A stretch of 64,000 nucleotides of DNA from Hyphomicrobiaceae bacterium (GCA_031431235.1 JANPDA010000431.1:367-64366); one strand, 5' to 3'; shown: positions 17,442 to 28,028, counted from the stretch's first letter. Notes: a model not told the origin generated them from the sequence alone. Numbers and translations: made by a program.

Positions 17442-17746
17442 CGGTCACTTCCTCGTTGATTCTGGGCAATCCAGATCGCCCGCCAGATCCCCTGTTTGAC
17501 AGCGGCGGTCCGATAAACCATGTTCGGCCGCCGTCCGCCAGCGGCTCGATCCAATCTCTCGATACCGACGAAGTTGGTATCGAGTGGGAAGATCGAACCG
17601 CAAAACAAGAAGTTACCTAGGGGGCCGGGCAGACGCTTGGAGTTCGAAGCGTCTGAGTCGGACCACTAGGTGGCCTGGGATCCTGAGATCCCGGCGCGAT
17701 CACCTCGATATCCCCTCAACCAGACCCGAGCACCCCGCCAACCCGC

Positions 17747-20428
17747 ATGCAGATTGTTATCGTCGAATCGGCCGCCAAGGCCAAGACCATCAACAAGTAC
17801 CTGGGCTCCGGCTACCAGGTCTTCGCTTCTTTTGGGCATGTCCGCGATCTGCCCGCCAAGGACGGCTCGGTGCTGCCCGATCAGGACTTCGAGATGTCCT
17901 GGGACATCGACGGCAAAGCTCAGAAGATCATGAGCGAGATCGCCAAGGCCGTGAAAGGCGCCGACAAGCTGATCCTGGCGACCGATCCCGATCGCGAGGG
18001 CGAGGCAATCTCTTGGCACATCCTGGAGATCCTCAACCAGAAGAAGGTGCTGAAGGGAGTGCCGGTCGAGCGCGTGGCCTTCAACGCCATCACCAAACAG
18101 GCGATCACGGAAGCGCTGAAGCAGCCGCGCCAGATCGACCAGCCGCTGGTTTCGGCCTATCTCGCCCGCCGGGCGCTCGACTATCTGGTCGGCTTCACGC
18201 TGTCGCCCGTGCTCTGGCGCAAACTCCCCGGCTCCCGGTCGGCGGGCCGCGTGCAGTCGGTCGCCTTGCGGCTCATCTGCGACCGCGAGGACGAGATCGA
18301 GCGCTTCAAGACCGACGAGTACTGGACGATCGAAGCGCTGCTGCAGACAGCCAAAGGCGAGGAGTTCCCGGCTCGCCTGCAGGCGATTGCCGGCACCAGC
18401 CTGAAGAAGCTCGATTTGAAGGACGAGGGAACGGCCAAAGCGATCAAGGCCGCGATCGAGAGGGGTGAGTTCAAAGTCGTCCGACTCGACAAGAAGGCCG
18501 TGAAGCGCAATCCGTATGCGCCCTTCGCCACCTCCACCCTGCAGATGGACGCGTCCCGCAAGCTCGGCTTCTCGGCGAAACAAACCATGCAGGTCGCCCA
18601 GCGGCTCTACGAGGGCGTCGATATCGGCGGAGAGACCGTCGGTCTCATCACCTACATGCGAACCGACGGCGTCACGATCGTGCCGGAAGCGGTCAATGCC
18701 ATTCGCGGACTGATTGCGCGGGAGTACTCCCAGCGCTACGTCGCTCCGTTCGTACGCGAGTACAAGACCAAGGCCAAGAATGCGCAGGAAGCCCATGAGG
18801 CGATCCGCCCGACCGATGCGGCGCGCTTGCCGCGGGACATGGCGAAGCACCTGCCCAAGGACCAGGCCGGCCTCTACGAATTGATCTGGAAGCGCGCTGT
18901 CGCCAGCCAGATGGCCTCCGCCGAGCTCGAGCAGACCGCTGCCGACATCGAGGTCAAGGGCCGCGACGGCAAGCTCTATACCCTGCGCGCGACCGGGTCC
19001 GTGGTGCTGTTCGAGGGCTTCCTCAAGGTCTACGAGGAAGGCCGCGACGACCGCGTGCGCACGATCGACAGGGGCAAGGAGGACCAGGCCGAGGCGGGAG
19101 ACGACGACAGCCGGCGTTTGCCTCCGCTCGCCGAGGGCGATCGCGTCAAGGACCAGACCATCGACGCCGAGCAGCACTTTACTCAGCCCCCACCGCGCTA
19201 CAGCGAGGCGACGCTCGTCAAGAAGATGGAGGAGCTCGGCATTGGCCGGCCCTCGACCTACGCTTCCACCCTTGCCGTGCTGCAGGATCGCGAATATGTG
19301 CGCACCGAGAAGAAACGGCTGATCCCCCAGGACAAGGGACGCCTCGTCACCGGTTTCCTGAAGGGGTTCTTCCAGCGCTATGTGGAATACGATTTCACCG
19401 CCGACCTCGAGCTGAAGCTCGACCTCATCTCCGATGGCAAGCTCGCCTGGAAGGACGTGCTGCGCGAGTTCTGGACGCAGTTCATGGCCGCCGTCGACGA
19501 GACCAAGGAATTGCGCGTCACCGACGTGCTGGAAGCGCTGAACGAGCAGCTCGGGCCACACATCTTCCCCGACAAGGGCGACGGCGGCGATCCGCGACTG
19601 TGCCCGACCTGCGGCGCCGGGCGGCTGTCCTTGAAGACCGGCAAGTACGGCGCCTTCATCGGCTGCTCGAACTATCCCGAGTGCCGGTTCACTCGGCAAT
19701 TCTCCGATACCCAGGCCAAGGACGAGAACGCGCCGCCCCCGGAGGGACGCCTGCTCGGCACCGACCCCGAGACCGGGCTCGATGTGACCGTGCGCGCTGG
19801 CCGGTTCGGAGCCTATCTCCAGATGGGCGAGGGCTCGGATGACGAGAAACCCAAGCGTGCGACGATCCCCAAGGGCTACGATGCCGCGACGATCGACCTG
19901 GAAGCGGCCTTGCGGCTGCTGCGGCTGCCCCGCCTGGTCGGCGCGCATCCCGAATCGGGCGAGGATATCCTCGCGGGGATCGGCCGCTATGGCCCCTACA
20001 TCCAGCACGGCAAGATGTATGTGAATTTGCCGAGTGTGGAGGAAGTGTTCGAGGTCGGCGTCAACCGCGCCGTCACGCTGATCGCCGACAAGGTGTCCGG
20101 CAAGGGCCGCGGCCGGCCCCAGGCCGAGGTGCTGAAAGCCTTGGGCGAGCACCCCTCCGATGGCGGCAAGATCGAGGTGCTGTCCGGGCGCTATGGCCCC
20201 TATGTGAAGCATGGGCAGACCAATGCCACCCTGCCCAAGGACGTGGCGCCCGAAGCGCTCACCATCGAGCAGGCTGTGCAGTTGATCGCCGAGCGTGCCG
20301 CCAAGGGTCCCGCCAAGGGCAAGCCAAAGCGGTCGGCCAAGCCTGCAGCGTCAAAAGCGGAAGGGGCCGCCAAGCCCAAGCCCAAGGCTGCCAAGGCAAA
20401 GAAGGCCGCCGCCAAGGCTGACGGATAG
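17747..20428 (+). CDS. topA: DNA topoisomerase I
   Basis: 893 aa: MQIVIVESAAKAKTINKYLG (Toprim), ITYMRTDG active-site Tyr region, Zn-ribbon CPTCGAGRL...CSNYPEC, and a Lys/Ala-rich tail. Confidence 0.97.
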   Translation: MQIVIVESAAKAKTINKYLGSGYQVFASFGHVRDLPAKDGSVLPDQDFEMSWDIDGKAQKIMSEIAKAVKGADKLILATDPDREGEAISWHILEILNQKKVLKGVPVERVAFNAITKQAITEALKQPRQIDQPLVSAYLARRALDYLVGFTLSPVLWRKLPGSRSAGRVQSVALRLICDREDEIERFKTDEYWTIEALLQTAKGEEFPARLQAIAGTSLKKLDLKDEGTAKAIKAAIERGEFKVVRLDKKAVKRNPYAPFATSTLQMDASRKLGFSAKQTMQVAQRLYEGVDIGGETVGLITYMRTDGVTIVPEAVNAIRGLIAREYSQRYVAPFVREYKTKAKNAQEAHEAIRPTDAARLPRDMAKHLPKDQAGLYELIWKRAVASQMASAELEQTAADIEVKGRDGKLYTLRATGSVVLFEGFLKVYEEGRDDRVRTIDRGKEDQAEAGDDDSRRLPPLAEGDRVKDQTIDAEQHFTQPPPRYSEATLVKKMEELGIGRPSTYASTLAVLQDREYVRTEKKRLIPQDKGRLVTGFLKGFFQRYVEYDFTADLELKLDLISDGKLAWKDVLREFWTQFMAAVDETKELRVTDVLEALNEQLGPHIFPDKGDGGDPRLCPTCGAGRLSLKTGKYGAFIGCSNYPECRFTRQFSDTQAKDENAPPPEGRLLGTDPETGLDVTVRAGRFGAYLQMGEGSDDEKPKRATIPKGYDAATIDLEAALRLLRLPRLVGAHPESGEDILAGIGRYGPYIQHGKMYVNLPSVEEVFEVGVNRAVTLIADKVSGKGRGRPQAEVLKALGEHPSDGGKIEVLSGRYGPYVKHGQTNATLPKDVAPEALTIEQAVQLIAERAAKGPAKGKPKRSAKPAASKAEGAAKPKPKAAKAKKAAAKADG

Positions 20429-20432
20429 GCTG

Positions 20433-22721
20433 GTGGCGAAAAAACCGACCAGGCCAGGACCAACGCCGAAGCAGACGAGGACGTCGCTGCCGACGCGCGA
20501 GGAGGTGCTCCAGTTCCTCGAAGGTCAGCCCGGCAAGATCGGCAAACGCGAGATCGCCCGCGCGTTCAACATCAAGGCCAACGACAAGGTCGCGCTGAAG
20601 GCGCTGCTGAAAGACATGGCGGAGGATGGCCAGCTGGTGCGCGCGCGAAAACGCATCCGCCAGGCCGGCCGGCTGCCGGAGACGGCTGTGATCGCCGTCC
20701 TCGGCCAGGACCGGGATGGCGAGCTCTATGGCGAGCCCGTGGACTGGGACCGCGACGAGGAAGGCCCGCCGCCGCGCGTGCTGATCCAAGCCAACCGCAA
20801 GGATCGCGGCGCCGATTTCGTGCCGGCGATCGGCGACCGGCTGCTCGCGCGCATCTCAGCCCTCGACGATGGCGGCAGCTATCGCCATTCAGGCAAACCC
20901 CTGAAGAAGCTCAGCCATATGGCGCGCCGGTTGCTCGGGGTCTACCGCGCCGGCGATCGTGGCGGTGGCATCATCATGCCGATCGACCGGCGGCAGCTGC
21001 GCGAATGGCGGGTCGAGCGCGGCGACGAGGGCGATGCCAGGGATGGTGAGCTCGTTCGCTTCGACATCGCGCGCCAGGGCCGCACGAATCTGCCATCGGC
21101 CCAGGTCGCCGAGCGGCTCGGCAACCCGACCGACCAGCGTCAGGTCAGCCTGATCGCGGTGCATGCCCATGGCATTCCCGACGTGTTTCCCGAGCGCGTC
21201 GAGGAGGAGGTCGAGAACCTGCCGCGCCTCGATCGTGGCGGCCGGACTGATCTGCGCGACGTGCCGCTCATCACCATCGATCCCATCGACGCGCGCGATC
21301 ACGACGATGCCGTGTGGGCGGCACCCGACGAGGACCCCAGGAACGCGGGCGGGTTCGTTGCGATCGTCGCAATCGCCGACGTTGCCGCCTATGTGCGCCC
21401 CGGCAGCGCGCTCGATCGCGAGGCCTCGAGGCGCGGCAACTCGGTCTATTTTCCCGACCGCGTGGTGCCGATGCTGCCCGAGCGGATCTCGAACGACCTC
21501 TGCTCGCTGCGCGAAGGCGAGGAGCGCCCTTGCCTCACCGTGCGCATGGTGTTCGACAAGCATGGCCACAAGCGCTCGCACACGTTCAGCCGAGCACTGA
21601 TGCGCTCGGCCGCGAAGCTCGCCTACGAGGAGGCGCAGGCCGCCATTGACGGCCGCGCAGGCGAGAAGGCCGGTCCGCTGGTCGAGCCGGTGCTGAAGCC
21701 GCTCTGGGCCGCCTACCGATTGCTCGCGAAAGCCCGCGACGAGCGCGGGCCGCTCGAGCTCGAGATCCCCGAGCGCCGCATCATGGTCGGCAAGGACGGT
21801 CGCGTCGCCCGCGTCGTGGTGCCAGAACGCCTGGAAGCCCATCGCCTGATCGAGGAGCTGATGATCCAGGCCAACGTCGCCGCCGCCGAGACGCTGGAGC
21901 AGAAGCGCACGGCGCTGCTCTATCGGGTGCATGCCGAGCCCTCGAAGGAAAAGCTCGCCAGCTTGCGCGACTTCCTCGAGACGCTGGATGTCGCGTTGCC
22001 CAAGGCCGAAACGTTGAAGCCCACCCACTTCAACCGGGTGCTGCGCGAGACCCGCGGGCGCGAGGTCGCCGATCTCGTCAACGAGGTGGTGCTGCGCAGC
22101 CAGAGTCAGGCCGAGTACGCGCCCGCCAACGAGGGCCATTTCGGGCTCAATCTGGCGCGCTACGCCCATTTCACCTCGCCCATCCGCCGCTATGCCGATC
22201 TCGTGGTGCATCGCGCCCTGGTGCGTGCGCTGGGGCTCGGCGAGGGCGGGCTCGAGGATTTCGAGGTCGAGCGGCTGGCGGAGACGGCGACCACGATCTC
22301 GCAGACCGAGCGGCGCGCGATGGCGGCCGAGCGCGAGACCGCCGACCGGCTGATCGCGGCCCACCTCGCCGAGCATGTGGGCGCCGAGTTCCCCGCCCGC
22401 ATCTCCGGCGTTACGCGTCACGGCTTGTTCGTGCGTCTGGCCGACACCGGCGCCGATGGCTTCGTGCCGGTCGCAACGCTCGGCAGCGAGTATTACAATT
22501 ATGATGAGACGGTCCACGCTCTCGTCGCCGACCGCTCGGGCGAAACCTATCAGCTCGGCCAGACCGTGCAGGTGCGCCTGGTCGAAGCCGTCCCGACGGC
22601 GGGCGCGCTGCGGTTCGAGATGCTGAGCGCGGGCGTGAAGGGCAGCGCGGTGGCGCGACGCGGCAAGAGCCGTGGGCCGACCGGCAAGCGCGGCCGCCCC
22701 GCCGGGCGCGGGCGGCGATAG
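20433..22721 (+). CDS. rnr: ribonuclease R
   Basis: RNB domain (TIDPIDARDHDDAV, SVYFPDRVVPMLPE, HFGLNLARYAHFTSPIRRYADLVVHR), a C-terminal S1 domain, and a basic tail. GTG start at 20433, 4 nt after the topA stop. Confidence 0.95.
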   Translation: MAKKPTRPGPTPKQTRTSLPTREEVLQFLEGQPGKIGKREIARAFNIKANDKVALKALLKDMAEDGQLVRARKRIRQAGRLPETAVIAVLGQDRDGELYGEPVDWDRDEEGPPPRVLIQANRKDRGADFVPAIGDRLLARISALDDGGSYRHSGKPLKKLSHMARRLLGVYRAGDRGGGIIMPIDRRQLREWRVERGDEGDARDGELVRFDIARQGRTNLPSAQVAERLGNPTDQRQVSLIAVHAHGIPDVFPERVEEEVENLPRLDRGGRTDLRDVPLITIDPIDARDHDDAVWAAPDEDPRNAGGFVAIVAIADVAAYVRPGSALDREASRRGNSVYFPDRVVPMLPERISNDLCSLREGEERPCLTVRMVFDKHGHKRSHTFSRALMRSAAKLAYEEAQAAIDGRAGEKAGPLVEPVLKPLWAAYRLLAKARDERGPLELEIPERRIMVGKDGRVARVVVPERLEAHRLIEELMIQANVAAAETLEQKRTALLYRVHAEPSKEKLASLRDFLETLDVALPKAETLKPTHFNRVLRETRGREVADLVNEVVLRSQSQAEYAPANEGHFGLNLARYAHFTSPIRRYADLVVHRALVRALGLGEGGLEDFEVERLAETATTISQTERRAMAAERETADRLIAAHLAEHVGAEFPARISGVTRHGLFVRLADTGADGFVPVATLGSEYYNYDETVHALVADRSGETYQLGQTVQVRLVEAVPTAGALRFEMLSAGVKGSAVARRGKSRGPTGKRGRPAGRGRR

Positions 22722-22832
22722 ACTGTTGTGTGGCAGGCGGGGCCGGCGGGGTCAGGCCCCTTTGCCGAGGTCGGAGCATCCGCACGCGGCGTCCCGGCAT
22801 TGGGGTCTTACCCCACCGACCCCAGCCATAAA

Positions 22833-23057
22833 TCATGCCGCAAACCGGACCACCTCGACCTCGGCCCGTTGCTTCACGGCATCCTCGCCAATGGCGAGCA
22901 CACGCTCAGTGGTCGATTGATCGAGCGTATACTCACCGCAATCCTGGCAAACCTCGGCGGGTACCTGTTTGATGACGATGACGGACTGATCCCGCTCGAG
23001 CGTGACCGTCGTGTGCCCAGGTGCTGTCGCAGAACTCTTGCAGATGACACAGATCAT
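22833..23057 (-). CDS. YgiT-type zinc-finger protein (MqsA-like short antitoxin)
   Basis: 74 aa from ATG 23057: MICVICKSSATAPGHTTVTLERDQSVIVIKQVPAEVCQDCGEY, with two CxxC pairs. ATGA overlap with the upstream DUF4258 gene. Confidence 0.75.
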   Translation of the reverse strand: MICVICKSSATAPGHTTVTLERDQSVIVIKQVPAEVCQDCGEYTLDQSTTERVLAIGEDAVKQRAEVEVVRFAA

Positions 23058-23341
23058 GGGCTCTTTCGCTTTTTGAAATCGGTCGACCATCGGGAGGAAT
23101 CTGGAATGTAGACTGTTACGACAACGCAATCTGAGCTGGCCGGGTCCTTCGCCATTACGACGTGGATCGGCGTGCTCTCATCGTACCCCAGAAGGAGACA
23201 ACTTGGATAAGGGAAATCACTCGGATAGTCTTCTATCACGTCTCCCTGTTCCACGATAGTCGCAACTGCTGTCGCAGAGAGTTTCCGACTAAACATGCGC
23301 TGCACGGCATGGCGGGTGAACCGGAGGGAACTGCATTGCAT
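23054..23341 (-). CDS. DUF4258 domain protein (putative toxin partner)
   Basis: 95 aa: LRFTRHAVQRMFSRKLSATAVATIVEQGDVIEDYPSDFPYPSCLLLGY...PIHVVMA, matching the DUF4258 pattern. Confidence 0.7.
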   Translation of the reverse strand: MQCSSLRFTRHAVQRMFSRKLSATAVATIVEQGDVIEDYPSDFPYPSCLLLGYDESTPIHVVMAKDPASSDCVVVTVYIPDSSRWSTDFKKRKSP

Positions 23342-23394
23342 TTATGTATCCGATCACACACTCGAGCAAACCGCGCCAAACGACCCCGCGCCCG

Positions 23395-25050
<1,656 letters not shown>

Positions 25051-25270
25051 GGCGCGGCGCTCTTTTCCGGGTGGGTTGCGGGATTGCCCTGCTTGAATTT
25101 TTTTGTTTTCGCAGAGTTTTATCGCCAAACCGGGAAGACCACTTTGGCGAACTCTGCTTAGCCGAAGCCGGCCCCAGAGCACAATGCCGGGCGACACTCC
25201 CAACCGGCAATCGCATGGGCGCGGCGGGACGAGAGACCTTCAGGATTCCACCCGACATCCCGAACGGCCA

Positions 25271-25426
25271 GTCGTGCCGAAGGCGCGCATTGGACGGTCG
25301 TGCCGAAGGCGCGCATTGGACGGTCGTGCCGAAGGCGCGCATTGCACAGTCGTGCCGAAGGCGCGCATTGCACAGTCGTGCCGAAGGCGCGCATTGCACG
25401 GTCGTGCCGAAGGCGGGCATCCCAAA
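25271..25426. repeat. perfect head-to-tail tandem array of a 26-bp unit GTCGTGCCGAAGGCGCGCATTG(G/C)AC(G/A), five full copies plus one degenerate copy
   Basis: Units counted directly at 25271, 25297, 25323, 25349, 25375 and 25401. Units 1-2 end GGACG, 3-4 end GCACA, 5 ends GCACG, and 6 is degenerate. The array is intergenic, between the ettA start and the MotB-like stop. Confidence 0.95.
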
Positions 25427-25473
25427 TGCCGCGCGCCCGGGATTCCGGGTGGGGGGTTACTAACAATGCCCGG

Positions 25474-26499
25474 TCAGCGCTCGGTCAGCTTCAGCTCGAT
25501 CCGGCGGTTGCGGGCCAATGTCTGCTCGCTGGTGCCGGTCTCCAGCGGCTGGAACTCGCCGAATCCGGCGGCAACCAGCCGATTTGCCGGAATGCCGCGC
25601 GAGATCAGGAATTTCACCACAGCAATCGCGCGCGCCGACGAGAGCTCCCAGTTGGACCGGAAGATCGGCGTCGAGATCGGCCGCTGGTCGGTGTGGCCGT
25701 CGACCCGCATCACCCAGTTGATTTCCTTGGGGATCTGCGCCTCCAGCTCCTTCAAAGCTGTCGCCAGGCTGTCGAGGGCCGCGAACCCTTCGGGATTGAC
25801 CGCGTCGCTGCCAGAAGGGAACAACACCTCGGCCTGGAACACGAACCGGTCGCCGACGACGCTGATGTTGGGCCGGCCTTCGAGCAGCTTGCGCAGGCGG
25901 CCGAAGAAGTCCGAGCGGTACTGCTTCAATTCCTGGACCTGCCGGGCGAGCGCCACGTTGAGGCGCTTGCCGAGATCCTCGATCCGCACCTGGCTGTCCT
26001 GATCCTTGGCTTCGGCGGACGAGAGCGCCTGGTTCAAGGCATCGATCTGGCGGCGCAGCGAGAGCAATTGCTGGTTCAACAGCTCGACCTTGGCGAGTGC
26101 CTCGCTCGAGAGCTGCCGCTGGGAGTCGAGATCGGTTGTGATCGCGGCGATCCGACCCTCGGCGGCGCCGGCCTTCTCCTCGCCCGATGCCGCAAGGCCG
26201 GTCAGCTGCTTGTTCTCGCTTTCAGCAGCGGCAAGCGAGGCCGACATGGCGGCGAGGTCCTCCTCGAGCGTGCGTTTGCCGCCGCGCTCGAGCGACAGCA
26301 GCTCGGTCAATTGGGCGAGCTGGCTCGTCAGCCGCTTCAACGCCGTATCCTTGCTGCTCGACTGCTGGCTGACGAAGAACTGAGTGACCATGAAGAGTGA
26401 CATCAGGAATGTCACGACCAGCAGCAGCGTGGCCAGAATATCCACATAGCCGGGCCAGAAATTGAGGCCTTCGTTGCTGCGCCGGCGACCGAGCGCCAT
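25474..26499 (-). CDS. MotB/OmpA-family peptidoglycan-binding protein with a long coiled-coil linker
   Basis: 341 aa. N-terminal TM with the conserved Asp (FWPGYVDILATLLLVVTFLM), about 170 aa of heptad-like L/Q/E/A-rich sequence, then an OmpA-like C-terminus (RVDGHTDQRP...NWELSSARAIAV...NRRIELKL). Confidence 0.8.
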   Translation of the reverse strand: MALGRRRSNEGLNFWPGYVDILATLLLVVTFLMSLFMVTQFFVSQQSSSKDTALKRLTSQLAQLTELLSLERGGKRTLEEDLAAMSASLAAAESENKQLTGLAASGEEKAGAAEGRIAAITTDLDSQRQLSSEALAKVELLNQQLLSLRRQIDALNQALSSAEAKDQDSQVRIEDLGKRLNVALARQVQELKQYRSDFFGRLRKLLEGRPNISVVGDRFVFQAEVLFPSGSDAVNPEGFAALDSLATALKELEAQIPKEINWVMRVDGHTDQRPISTPIFRSNWELSSARAIAVVKFLISRGIPANRLVAAGFGEFQPLETGTSEQTLARNRRIELKLTER

Positions 26500-26502
26500 C
26501 TG

Positions 26503-27615
26503 CTATCTCCTGACCGGCGGCTGCACTTTGGCGCCCGACGAGAGGTCGCGCACGAGGCTCGACAGCTCGCGCAGGGTCAGGTTGAGGTCGCGTTGATGCT
26601 GGCTGCCCGCCGAGATCTCGCGCAATGCGCCATTGACCTCGTGCAGCAGCGCGGCCTGCTCGTCGACCCATTCACGCACGACCTTCTGCTCGTCGCGGAT
26701 CTGCTTGATCAGCTTGTCGAGGCCGGCGGTCAGCTGCTTCACGGCCTCGTTGGCGCCGGCGCTTTCCCCAGCTGGTCCCGACACCGCGATCCGGTCGCCG
26801 AGCTCGGTCAAGGAGCGCTGCAGCTCGACCACCGAGTAGCGCAATTGCCCTCCTCCTTCCCCCCCTGATGCCGGGGTCAGCTCGGTGATGCCCGACAGCC
26901 ATTCCTCGAGGTCATTGTAGAAGCGGTTCTGTGCCTGGCTCGTCTGCAGATCGAGGAAGCCGAGGACGAGCGAGCCCGAAAGCCCGAACAGCGAGGACGA
27001 GAACGCGGTGCCCATGCCCTTCAAGGGTGCTTCCAGACCTGTTTTCAGCTCCTGGAAAACGTTGACGCTGTCGTCGCCGGTCACATCGAGCGAGCGGATG
27101 GTCTGGCCGACCGACTGGATGGTCTCGAGCAGTCCGAAGAAAGTGCCGAGCAGGCCGAGGAACACGAGCAGGCCGACCAGATAGCGCGAGGTGTCGCGCC
27201 GCTCATCGAGGCGTGCGCCGACCGAGTCGACGATCGTGCGCATCGAGTTGGTCGAGAACGACAGCACGCCCCGCCGGTCGCGGATCATGTTGGCCATCGG
27301 AGCGAGCAGCACAGGCTGGCGCTGGGGAGCGATGCCGGGATCGGCGATCCTGAGGCTGTTGACCCAGCGGATCTCGGGATAGAGCACGAGGATCTGGCGG
27401 AACGCGTTGACGATACCGATCGCGAGCGCGGCAACAATAACCCCGTTGAGGAACGGATTAGAGACGAACGCCGTCTGGATGATGACCTGCAGGATCGCGA
27501 CCACGAAGCCGACGAGCAGCAGAAAGATCAGCATGCACCACAGGTGGAACTGCGGCTTTGTGAACGACGATTGGAGGACGGTTGCCTCCAGCTCTGCGAC
27601 GTCGCGTCTCGCCAT
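26503..27615 (-). CDS. MotA/TolQ/ExbB-family proton-channel protein with a C-terminal coiled-coil tail
   Basis: 370 aa from ATG 27615. Four TM segments, with family signatures LGLLGTFFGLLETI and GMGTAFSSSLFGLSGSLVLGFLD. The last ~130 aa are E/Q/L-rich. Its stop lies 3 nt from the MotB-like start. Confidence 0.75.
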   Translation of the reverse strand: MARRDVAELEATVLQSSFTKPQFHLWCMLIFLLLVGFVVAILQVIIQTAFVSNPFLNGVIVAALAIGIVNAFRQILVLYPEIRWVNSLRIADPGIAPQRQPVLLAPMANMIRDRRGVLSFSTNSMRTIVDSVGARLDERRDTSRYLVGLLVFLGLLGTFFGLLETIQSVGQTIRSLDVTGDDSVNVFQELKTGLEAPLKGMGTAFSSSLFGLSGSLVLGFLDLQTSQAQNRFYNDLEEWLSGITELTPASGGEGGGQLRYSVVELQRSLTELGDRIAVSGPAGESAGANEAVKQLTAGLDKLIKQIRDEQKVVREWVDEQAALLHEVNGALREISAGSQHQRDLNLTLRELSSLVRDLSSGAKVQPPVRR

Positions 27616-27734
27616 CTTATCCTCGTCCCGCACACAACAGGCAGGCTCTGGGCATACCCCATAGCACCGCAACGGGGCAACATCACGTCAACCTCGAGCC
27701 AAGGCACGCCAGCCGCGCCGATGCCTGATCGCCC

Positions 27735-28028
27735 TCAGGCGCCGTCCTTTGCGCCGAAATGACGGCGGATCTGGTCGGAGAGACGCTTTTTCGGTGCCTC
27801 GGTCGCGGCGTTGGGCTCGTCAGCAGCCCTCGCAGATACAGGTGGCTCGAGGTCAGCATAGAACCTCGCCGAGCGGATGTCGTCCAGCTCCAACAGCTCC
27901 AAGTGATCGGCGCCGGATTTGCGCACCAGATAGAGATGGCCGACCTTGCCGATCACGTGGCCCGTCATGCGGCCGAGCCCGCCCCCCACCTCGAAACGCA
28001 GGCCGATCAGCGCATCCTCCGTTGCCAT
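27735..28028 (-). CDS. hypothetical protein (97 aa), first gene of the MotA/MotB-like cluster
   Basis: AAGGAGAA RBS before ATG 28028 and high third-position GC. Product is MATEDALIGLRFEVGGGLGRMTGHVIGKVGHLYLVRKSG... No family recognised. Confidence 0.55.
   Translation of the reverse strand: MATEDALIGLRFEVGGGLGRMTGHVIGKVGHLYLVRKSGADHLELLELDDIRSARFYADLEPPVSARAADEPNAATEAPKKRLSDQIRRHFGAKDGA

Noticed and set aside
17615-17671. tRNA-like or tmRNA fragment (GGAGTTCGAAGC resembles a T-loop)
   Set aside because: The GTTCGAA sits in an 8-nt loop on a 9-bp stem. There is no acceptor stem, D-arm, CCA end, or alphaproteobacterial tag-peptide reading frame nearby. It is kept only as an unexplained hairpin.
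17666-20212. 848-aa ORF on the minus strand
   Set aside because: It is entirely antisense to topA. Its composition is Arg/Gly/Ala/Leu-rich and low in complexity, with no recognisable domain. This is a typical shadow ORF of high-GC coding DNA.
25271-25426. Possible CRISPR array
   Set aside because: The 26-bp units are contiguous with no spacers between them, and no cas genes occur in the window. This is a plain tandem repeat.
25103-26002. ORFs encoding repeated RAFGTTVQCAPSARL / VPKARIA peptides
   Set aside because: The periodic peptides are simply the tandem DNA repeat read in several frames on both strands. There is no RBS or coding bias, and the ORFs overlap the MotB-like gene.
25474-27615. 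Zorya (ZorAB) anti-phage system
   Set aside because: No ZorC/ZorD-like or other effector genes are adjacent. The MotA-like tail is far shorter than a ZorA tail, and the neighbourhood is housekeeping. It is reported as an unassigned stator-like module instead.
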